From positions 280,302,001 through 280,366,000 of the forward strand of contig OZ024743.1 in NCBI GenBank assembly GCA_964016885.1: a stretch of DNA of 64,000 nt. The letters are read 5' to 3'. The notes beneath the pieces are model-generated. The model had not been told where the DNA came from and ran no database searches. It was given only the letters and a program-made list of their open reading frames with translations. Source of the DNA: Eledone cirrhosa. Lineage: Eukaryota. Positions 54,091 through 64,000 of this stretch are shown here, piece by piece; position 1 is the stretch's first letter, and each line of letters starts with the position of its first letter. The position numbers were made by a program, and so were the translations under genes.

Positions 54091-57000
54091 GTAATGGTGT
54101 TTGTATTAATGTATGTGGTAATGTTAGGTATAGTAATGGTGTTTGTATTAATGTATGTGGTAATGCTGGGTGTAGTAATGGTGTTTGTATTAATGTATGT
54201 GGTAACGTTGGGTATAGTAATGGTGTTTGTATTAATGTATGTGGTAAGGTTGGGTGTAGTAATGGTGTTTGTATTAATGTATGTGGTAATGTTGGGTATA
54301 GTAATGGTGTTTGTATTAATGTATGTGGTAATGTTGGGTGTAGTAATGGTGTTTGTATTAATATATGTGGTAATGTTGGGTATAGTAATGGTGTTTGTAT
54401 TAATGTATGTGGTAATGTTGGGTGTAGTAATGTTGTTTGTATTAATGTATGTGGTAATGTTGGGTGTAGTAATGGTGTTTGTATTAATGTATGTGGTAAT
54501 GTTGGGTGTAGTAATGGTGTTTGTATTAATGTATGTAGTAATGTTGGGTATAGTAATAGTGTTTGTATTAATGTATGTGGTAATGTTGGGTATAGTAATA
54601 GTGTTTGTATTAATATATGTGGTAATGTTGGGTATAGTAATGGTGTTTGTATTAATGTATGTGGTAATGTTGGGTATAGTAATGGTGTTTGTATTAATGT
54701 ATGTGGTAATGTTATGTATAGTAATGGTGTTTGTATTAATGTATGTGGTAATGTTGGGTATAGTAATGGTGTTTGTATTAATATATTTGGTTATGTTGGG
54801 TATAGTAATAGTGTTTGTATTAATGTATGTGGTAATGTTGGGTATAGTAATGGTGTTTGTATTAATATATTTGGTAATGTTGGGTATAGTAATAGTGTTT
54901 GTATTAATGTATGTGGTAATGTTGGGTATAGTAATGGTGTTTGTATTAATGTATGTGGTAATGTTGGGTATAGTAATGGTGTTTGTATTAATATATTTGG
55001 TAATGTTGGGTATAGTAATAGTGTTTGTATTAATATATGTGGTAATGTTGGGTATAGTAATGGTGTTTGTATAAATATATTTGGTAATGTTGGGTATAGT
55101 AATAGTGTTTGTATTAATGTATGTGGTAATGTTGGGTATAGTAATGGTGTTTGTATTAATGTATGTGGTAATGTTGGGTATAGTAATGGTGTTAGTATTA
55201 ATGTATGTGGTAATGTTAGGTATAGTAATGGTGTTTGTATTAATGTATGTGGTAATGTTGGGTGTAGTAATGGTGTTTGTATTAATGTATGTGGTAACGT
55301 TGGGTATAGTAATGGTGTTTGTATTAATGTATGTGGTAAGGTTGGGTGTAGTAATGGTGTTTGTATTAATGTATGTGGTAATGTTGGGTATAGTAATGGT
55401 GTTTGTATTAATGTATGTGGTAATGTTGGGTATAGTAATGGTGTTTGTATTAATGTATGTGGTAATGTTGTGTATAGTAATGGTGTTTGTATTAATGTAT
55501 GTGGTAATGTTGGGTATAGTAATGGTGTTTGTATTAATGTATGTAGTAATGTTGGGTATAGTAATAGTGTTTGTATTAATGTATGTGGTAATGTTGGGTA
55601 TAGTAATGGTGTTTGTATTAATGTATGTGGTAATGTTGTGTATAGTAATGGTGTTTGTATTAATGTATGTGGTAATGTTGGGTATAGTAATAGTGTTTGT
55701 ATTAATATATGTGGTAATGTTGGGTATAGTAATGGTGTTTGTATTAATGTATGTGGTAATGTTGGGTATAGTAATGGTGTTTGTATTAATGTATATGGTA
55801 ATGTTGGGTATAGTAATGGTGTTTGTATTAATGTATGTGGTAATGTTGGGTATAGTAATGGTGTTTGTATTAATGTATGTGGTAATGTTGGGTATAGTAA
55901 TGGTGTTTGTATTAATATATGTGGTAATGTTGTGTATAGTAATGGTGTTTGTATTAATATATGTGGTAATGTTGGGTATAGTAATGGTGTTTGTATTAAT
56001 GTATGTGGTAATGTTGGGTATAGTAATGGTGTTTGTATTAATGTATGTGGTAATGTTGGGTATAGTAATGGTGTTTGTATTAATGTATGTGGTAATGTTG
56101 GGTATAGTAATAGTGTTTGTATTAATGTATGTGGTAATGTTGGGTATAGTAATAGTGTTTGTATTAATGTATGTGGTAATGTTAGGTATAGTAATGGTGT
56201 TTGTATTAATATATGTGGTAATGTTGGGTATAGTAATGGTGTTTGTATTAATGTATGTGGTAATGTTGTGTATAGTAATGGTGTTTGTATTAATGTATGT
56301 GGTAATGTTGGGTATAGTAATGGTGTTTGTATTAATGTATGTGGTAATGTTGGGTATAGTAATGGTGTTTGTATTAATATATTTGGTAATGTTGGGTATA
56401 GTAATAGTGTTTGTATTAATGTATGTGGTAATGTTGGGTATAGTAATAGTGTTTGTATTAATGTATGTGGTAATGTTAGGTATAGTAATGGTGTTTGTAT
56501 TAATATATGTGGTAATGTTGGGTATAGTAATGGTGTTTGTATTAATGTATGTGGTAATGCTGGGTATAGTAATTGTGTTTGTATTAATATATGTGGTAAT
56601 GTTGTGTATAGTAATGGTGTTTGTATTAATGTATGTGGTAATGTTGGGTATAGTAATGGTGTTTGTATTAATATATTTGGTAATGTTGGGTATAGTAATA
56701 GTGTTTGTATTAATGTATGTGGTAATGTTGGGTATAGTAATAGTGTTTGTATTAATGTATGTGGTAATGGTAGGTATAGTAATGGTGTTTGTATTAATAT
56801 ATGTGGTAATGTTGGGTATAGTAATGGTGTTTGTATTAATGTATGTGGTAATGTTAGGTATAGTAATGGTGTTTGTATTAATGTATGTGGTAATGTTGGG
56901 TGTAGTAATGGTGTTTGTATTAATGTATGTGGTAACGTTGGGTATAGTAATGGTGTTTGTATTAATGTATGTGGTAAGGTTGGGTGTAGTAATGGTGTTT

Positions 57001-60000
57001 GTATTAATGTATGTGGTAATGTTGGGTATAGTAATGGTGTTTGTATTAATGTATGTGGTAATGTTGGGTGTAGTAATGGTGTTTGTATTAATATATGTGG
57101 TAATGTTGGGTATAGTAATGGTGTTTGTATTAATATATGTGGTAATGTTGGGTGTAGTAATGTTGTTTGTATTAATGTATGTGGTAATGTTGGGTGTAGT
57201 AATGGTGTTTGTATTAATGTATGTGGTAATGTTGGGTGTAGTAATGGTGTTTGTATTAATGTATGTAGTAATGTTGGGTATAGTAATAGTGTTTGTATTA
57301 ATGTATGTGGTAATGTTGGGTATAGTAATAGTGTTTGTATTAATATATGTGGTAATGTTGGGTATAGTAATGGTGTTTGTATTAATATATGTGGTAATGT
57401 TGGGTATAGTAATGGTGTTTGTATTAATGTATGTGGTAATGTTGGGTGTAGTAATGTTGTTTGTATTAATGTATGTAGTAATGTTGGGTATAGTAATAGT
57501 GTTTGTATTAATGTATGTGGTAATGTTGGGTATAGTAATAGTGTTTGTATTAATATATGTGGTAATGTTGGGTATAGTAATGGTGTTTGTATTAATGTAT
57601 GTGGTAATGTTGGGTATAGTAATGGTGTTTGTATTAATGTATGTGGTAATGTTGGGTATAGTAATGGTGTTTGTATTAATATATTTGGTAATGTTGGGTA
57701 TAGTAATAGTGTTTGTATTAATGTATGTGGTAATGTTGGGTATAGTAATGGTGTTTGTATTAATGTATGTGGTAATGTTGGGTGTAGTAATGGTGTTTGT
57801 ATTAATATATGTGGTAATGTTGGGTATAGTAATGGTGTTTGTATTAATGTATGTGGTAATGTTGGGTGTAGTAATGTTGTTTGTATTAATGTATGTGGTA
57901 ATGTTGGGTGTAGTAATGGTGTTTGTATTAATGTATGTGGTAATGTTGGGTGTAGTAATGGTGTTTGTATTAATGTATGTAGTAATGTTGGGTATAGTAA
58001 TAGTGTTTGTATTAATGTATTTGGTAATGTTGGGTATAGTAATGGTGTTTGTATTAATGTATGTGGTAATGTTGTGTATAGTAATGGTGTTTGTATTAAT
58101 GTATGTGGTAATGTTGGGTATAGTAATGGTGTTTGTATTAATGTATGTGGTAATGTTGGGTGTAGTAATGGTGTTTGTATTAATATATGTGGTAATGTTG
58201 GGTATAGTAATGGTGTTTGTATTAATGTATGTGGTAATGTTGGGTGTAGTAATGTTGTTTGTATTAATGTATGTGGTAATGTTGGGTGTAGTAATGGTGT
58301 TTGTATTAATGTATGTGGTAATGTTGGGTGTAGTAATGGTGTTTGTATTAATGTATGTAGTAATGTTGGGTATAGTAATAGTGTTTGTATTAATGTATGT
58401 GGTAATGTTGGGTATAGTAATAGTGTTTGTATTAATATATGTGGTAATGTTGGGTATAGTAATGGTGTTTGTATTAATGTATGTGGTAATGTTGGGTATA
58501 GTAATGGTGTTTGTATTAATGTATGTGGTAATGTTGGGTATAGTAATGGTGTTTGTATTAATATATTTGGTAATGTTGGGTATAGTAATAGTGTTTGTAT
58601 TAATGTATGTGGTAATGTTGGGTATAGTAATGGTGTTTGTATTAATGTATGTGGTAATGTTGGGTGTAGTAATGGTGTTTGTATTAATATATGTGGTAAT
58701 GTTGGGTATAGTAATGGTGTTTGTATTAATGTATGTGGTAATGTTGGGTGTAGTAATGTTGTTTGTATTAATGTATGTGGTAATGTTGGGTGTAGTAATG
58801 GTGTTTGTATTAATGTATGTGGTAATGTTGGGTGTAGTAATGGTGTTTGTATTAATGTATGTAGTAATGTTGGGTATAGTAATAGTGTTTGTATTAATGT
58901 ATGTGGTAATGTTGGGTATAGTAATAGTGTTTGTATTAATATATGTGGTAATGTTGGGTATAGTAATGGTGTTTGTATTAATGTATTTGGTAATGTTGGG
59001 TATAGTAATGGTGTTTGTATTAATGTATGTGGTAATGTTGTGTATAGTAATGGTGTTTGTATTAATGTATGTGGTAATGTTGGGTATAGTAATGGTGTTT
59101 GTATTAATATATTTGGTTATGTTGGGTATAGTAATAGTGTTTGTATTAATGTATGTGGTAATGTTGGGTATAGTAATGGTGTTTGTATTAATATATTTGG
59201 TAATGTTGGGTATAGTGATAGTGTTTGTATTAATGTATGTGGTAATGTTGGGTATAGTAATGGTGTTTGTATTAATGTATGTGGTAATGTTGGGTATAGT
59301 AATGGTGTTTGTATTAATATATTTGGTAATGTTGGGTATAGTAATAGTGTTTGTATTAATATATGTGGTAATGTTGGGTATAGTAATGGTGTTTGTATAA
59401 ATATATTTGGTAATGTTGGGTATAGTAATAGTGTTTGTATTAATGTATGTGGTAATGTTGGGTATAGTAATGGTGTTTGTATTAATGTATGTGGTAATGT
59501 TGGGTATAGTAATGGTGTTTGTATTAATGTATGTGGTAATGTTAGGTATAGTAATGGTGTTTGTATTAATGTATGTGGTAATGTTGGGTGTAGTAATGGT
59601 GTTTGTATTAATGTATGTGGTAACGTTGGGTATAGTAATGGTGTTTGTATTAATGTATGTGGTAAGGTTGGGTGTAGTAATGGTGTTTGTATTAATGTAT
59701 GTGGTAATGTTGGGTATAGTAATGGTGTTTGTATTAATGTATGTGGTAATGTTGGGTATAGTAATGATGTTTGTATTAATGTATGTGGTAATGTTGTGTA
59801 TAGTAATGGTGTTTGTATTAATGTATGTGGTAATGTTGGGTATAGTAATGGTGTTTGTATTAATGTATGTAGTAATGTTGGGTATAGTAATAGTGTTTGT
59901 ATTAACGTATGTGGTAATGTTGGGTATAGTAATGGTGTTTGTATTAATGTATGTGGTAATGTTGTGTATAGTAATGGTGTTTGTATTAATGTATGTGGTA

Positions 60001-63000
60001 ATGTTGGGTATAGTAATAGTGTTTGTATTAATATATGTGGTAATGTTGGGTATAGTAATGGTGTTTGTATTAATGTATGTGGTAATGTTGGGTATAGTAA
60101 TGGTGTTTGTATTAATGTATATGGTAATGTTGGGTATAGTAATGGTGTTTGTATTAATGTATGTGGTAATGTTGGGTATAGTAATAGTGTTTGTATTAAT
60201 GTATGTGGTAATGTTAGGTATAGTAATGGTGTTTGTATTAATATATGTGGTAATGTTGGGTATAGTAATGGTGTTTGTATTAATATATTTGGTAATGTTG
60301 GGTATAGTAATAGTGTTTGTATTAATGTATGTGGTAATGTTGGGTATAGTAATGGTGTTTGTATTAATGTATGTGGTAATGTTGGGTGTAGTAATGTTGT
60401 TTGTATTAATGTATGTGGTAATGTTGGGTGTAGTAATGGTGTTTGTATTAATGTATGTGGTAATGTTGGGTATAGTAATAGTGTTTGTATTAATATATGT
60501 GGTAATGTTGGGTATAGTAATGGTGTTTGTATTAATGTATGTGGTAATGTTGGGTGTAGTAATGTTGTTTGTATTAATGTATGTGGTAATGTTGGGTGTA
60601 GTAATGGTGTTTGTATTAATGTATGTGGTAATGTTGGGTGTAGTAATGGTGTTTGTATTAATGTATGTAGTAATGTTGGGTATAGTAATAGTGTTTGTAT
60701 TAATGTATGTGGTAATGTTGGGTATAGTAATAGTGTTTGTATTAATATATGTGGTAATGTTGGGTATAGTAATGGTGTTTGTATTAATGTATTTGGTAAT
60801 GTTGGGTATAGTAATGGTGTTTGTATTAATGTATGTGGTAATGTTGTGTATAGTAATGGTGTTTGTATTAATGTATGTGGTAATGTTGGGTATAGTAATG
60901 GTGTTTGTATTAATGTATGTGGTAATGTTGGGTGTAGTAATGGTGTTTGTATTAATATATGTGGTAATGTTGGGTATAGTAATGGTGTTTGTATTAATGT
61001 ATGTGGTAATGTTGGGTGTAGTAATGTTGTTTGTATTAATGTATGTGGTAATGTTGGGTGTAGTAATGGTGTTTGTATTAATGTATGTGGTAATGTTGGG
61101 TGTAGTAATGGTGTTTGTATTAATGTATGTAGTAATGTTGGGTATAGTAATAGTGTTTGTATTAATGTATGTGGTAATGTTGGGTATAGTAATAGTGTTT
61201 GTATTAATATATGTGGTAATGTTGGGTATAGTAATGGTGTTTGTATTAATGTATGTGGTAATGTTGGGTATAGTAATGGTGTTTGTATTAATGTATGTGG
61301 TAATGTTGGGTATAGTAATGGTGTTTGTATTAATATATTTGGTAATGTTGGGTATAGTAATAGTGTTTGTATTAATGTATGTGGTAATGTTGGGTATAGT
61401 AATGGTGTTTGTATTAATGTATGTGGTAATGTTGGGTGTAGTAATGGTGTTTGTATTAATATATGTGGTAATGTTGGGTATAATAATGGTGTTTGTATTA
61501 ATGTATGTGGTAATGTTGGGTGTAGTAATGTTGTTTGTATTAATGTATGTGGTAATGTTGGGTGTAGTAATGGTGTTTGTATTAATGTATGTGGTAATGT
61601 TGGGTGTAGTAATGGTGTTTGTATTAATGTATGTAGTAATGTTGGGTATAGTAATAGTGTTTGTATTAATGTATGTGGTAATGTTGGGTATAGTAATAGT
61701 GTTTGTATTAATATATGTGGTAATGTTGGGTATAGTAATGGTGTTTGTATTAATGTATTTGGTAATGTTGGGTATAGTAATGGTGTTTGTATTAATGTAT
61801 GTGGTAATGTTGTGTATAGTAATGGTGTTTGTATTAATGTATGTGGTAATGTTGGGTATAGTAATGGTGTTTGTATTAATATATTTGGTTATGTTGGGTA
61901 TAGTAATAGTGTTTGTATTAATGTATGTGGTAATGTTGGGTATAGTAATGGTGTTTGTATTAATATATTTGGTTATGTTGGGTATAGTGATAGTGTTTGT
62001 ATTAATGTATGTGGTAATGTTGGGTATAGTAATGGTGTTTGTATTAATGTATGTGGTAATGTTGGGTATAGTAATGGTGTTTGTATTAATATATTTGGTA
62101 ATGTTGGGTATAGTAATAGTGTTTGTATTAATATATGTGGTAATGTTGGGTATAGTAATGGTGTTTGTATAAATATATTTGGTAATGTTGGGTATAGTAA
62201 TAGTGTTTGTATTAATGTATGTGGTAATGTTGGGTATAGTAATGGTGTTTGTATTAATGTATGTGGTAATGTTGGGTATAGTAATGGTGTTTGTATTAAT
62301 GTATGTGGTAATGTTAGGTATAGTAATGGTGTTTGTATTAATGTATGTGGTAATGTTGGGTGTAGTAATGGTGTTTGTATTAATGTATGTGGTAACGTTG
62401 GGTATAGTAATGGTGTTTGTATTAATGTATGTGGTAAGGTTGGGTGTAGTAATGGTGTTTGTATTAATGTATGTGGTAATGTTGGGTATAGTAATGGTGT
62501 TTGTATTAATGTATGTGGTAATGTTGGGTATAGTAATGATGTTTGTATTAATGTATGTGGTAATGTTGTGTATAGTAATGGTGTTTGTATTAATGTATGT
62601 GGTAATGTTGGGTATAGTAATGGTGTTTGTATTAATGTATGTAGTAATGTTGGGTATAGTAATAGTGTTTGTATTAACGTATGTGGTAATGTTGGGTATA
62701 GTAATGGTGTTTGTATTAATGTATGTGGTAATGTTGTGTATAGTAATGGTGTTTGTATTAATGTATGTGGTAATGTTGGGTATAGTAATAGTGTTTGTAT
62801 TAATATATGTGGTAATGTTGGGTATAGTAATGGTGTTTGTATTAATGTATGTGGTAATGTTGGGTATAGTAATGGTGTTTGTATTAATGTATATGGTAAT
62901 GTTGGGTATAGTAATGGTGTTTGTATTAATGTATGTGGTAATGTTGGGTATAGTAATAGTGTTTGTATTAATGTATGTGGTAATGTTAGGTATAGTAATG

Positions 63001-63998
63001 GTGTTTGTATTAATGTATGTGGTAATGTTGGGTGTAGTAATGTTGTTTGTATTAATGTATGTGGTAATGTTGGGTGTAGTAATGGTGTTTGTATTAATGT
63101 ATGTGGTAATGTTGGGTGTAGTAATGGTGTTTGTATTAATGTATGTAGTAATGTTGGGTATAGTAATAGTGTTTGTATTAATGTATGTGGTAATGTTGGG
63201 TATAGTAATAGTGTTTGTATTAATATATGTGGTAATGTTGGGTATAGTAATGGTGTTTGTATTAATGTATGTGGTAATGTTGGGTATAGTAATGGTGTTT
63301 GTATTAATGTATGTGGTAATGTTGGGTATAGTAATGGTGTTTGTATTAATATATTTGGTAATGTTGGGTATAGTAATAGTGTTTGTATTAATGTATGTGG
63401 TAATGTTGGGTATAGTAATGGTGTTTGTATTAATGTATGTGGTAATGTTGGGTGTAGTAATGGTGTTTGTATTAATATATGTGGTAATGTTGGGTATAAT
63501 AATGGTGTTTGTATTAATGTATGTGGTAATGTTGGGTGTAGTAATGTTGTTTGTATTAATGTATGTGGTAATGTTGGGTGTAGTAATGGTGTTTGTATTA
63601 ATGTATGTGGTAATGTTGGGTGTAGTAATGGTGTTTGTATTAATGTATGTAGTAATGTTGGGTATAGTAATAGTGTTTGTATTAATGTATGTGGTAATGT
63701 TGGGTATAGTAATAGTGTTTGTATTAATATATGTGGTAATGTTGGGTATAGTAATGGTGTTTGTATTAATGTATTTGGTAATGTTGGGTATAGTAATGGT
63801 GTTTGTATTAATGTATGTGGTAATGTTGTGTATAGTAATGGTGTTTGTATTAATGTATGTGGTAATGTTGGGTATAGTAATGGTGTTTGTATTAATATAT
63901 TTGGTTATGTTGGGTATAGTAATAGTGTTTGTATTAATGTATGTGGTAATGTTGGGTATAGTAATGGTGTTTGTATTAATATATTTGGTAATGTTGGG
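52896..63998 (-). other. Second stop-free minus-strand (PNITTYINTNTITI)n frame of about 3,701 codons, open at the right window edge; coding status unsupported
   Basis: No indel or in-frame stop seen between the 41-bp monomer at about 52892 and the window end. Any start codon or splice acceptor would lie outside the window. The confidence value refers to this being a real CDS. Confidence 0.1.
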
Positions 63999-64000
63999 TA
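53989..64000. repeat. Higher-order repeat domain C: 2772-bp (66-monomer) duplication with nested 504-bp (12-monomer) units; no indels
   Basis: The TGTAGTAATGTTGTT marker sits at 58245/58749, 61017/61521 and 63033/63537 (504-bp spacing; 58245 to 61017 is 2772). The GTATAAAT marker is at 59400/62172 (2772). An AACGTT then AAGGTT monomer pair recurs at about 54205, 55297, 56935, 59623 and 62395. Confidence 0.88.

Larger units (their letters stand above)
1..64000. repeat. 42-bp tandem satellite array, about 1,520 monomers in one orientation, extending beyond both window ends; consensus GGTAATGTTGGGTATAGTAATGGTGTTTGTATTAATGTATGT
   Basis: Read directly: the monomer recurs every 42 bp (e.g. starts at 35, 77, 119), usually with 0-3 substitutions per copy. 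The only departures are isolated 1-bp indels and the island at about 52302-52485. Confidence 0.99.

Noticed and set aside
33-62172. Hydrophobic (VMLGIVMVFVLMYV)n ORFs resembling polytopic membrane proteins
   Set aside because: They are a consequence of T at the second codon position. They lack polar loops, and their ends simply track the recurring TTA>TAA (GTATAAAT) monomer variant.
1-64000. CRISPR array or other repeat-spacer system
   Set aside because: There are no unique spacers: monomers abut directly, and no cas or other genes or leader are present.
1-64000. Telomerase-synthesised long telomeric repeat (ATTAATGTATGTGGT loosely recalls the Kluyveromyces lactis repeat segment ATTAGGTATGTGGT)
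   Set aside because: The match is short and low-complexity. Variants are inherited in multi-kb ordered blocks, which points to recombination or replication-based amplification rather than copying from one RNA template.
1-64000. Variant order as an encoded message, barcode or programmed diversification cassette
   Set aside because: The order is explained by nested duplications and whole-monomer deletions. No recombinase, reverse transcriptase or expression site is present in the window.
1-64000. Promoter-like TATAAT/TATAAA boxes in variant monomers
   Set aside because: Such boxes are expected by single substitution in an AT-rich monomer, and there is no downstream gene or other supporting element.

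Overview
The whole 64-kb window is one head-to-tail satellite array of a 42-bp monomer (consensus GGTAATGTTGGGTATAGTAATGGTGTTTGTATTAATGTATGT, about 1,520 copies). The array runs off both window ends. The consensus + strand has 13 G, 10 A, 19 T and no C. I see no recognisable gene, RNA gene, mobile element or CRISPR array. The ORF-track entries arise because a 14-codon monomer is stop-free in four of six frames. The informative structure is: (i) a monomer built of 15+15+12-bp TAAT-containing sub-units on an NNT triplet scaffold; (ii) diagnostic variants defining nested higher-order repeats (11-, 12-, 29/30-, 42/47/54-, 65-, 66- and 122-mers, plus 8.7-8.9-kb, 17.6-kb and 43.6-kb block relationships); (iii) 41-bp monomers inherited with those blocks; (iv) one ~185-bp GT-rich island that keeps the 42-bp register exactly; (v) a minus-strand frame absent from the ORF track, encoding a Thr/Ile/Asn-rich repeat (PNITTYINTNTITI) in which the two commonest variants are synonymous. 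The most parsimonious reading is non-coding, probably eukaryotic, satellite DNA. The organism and any function cannot be determined from this window.
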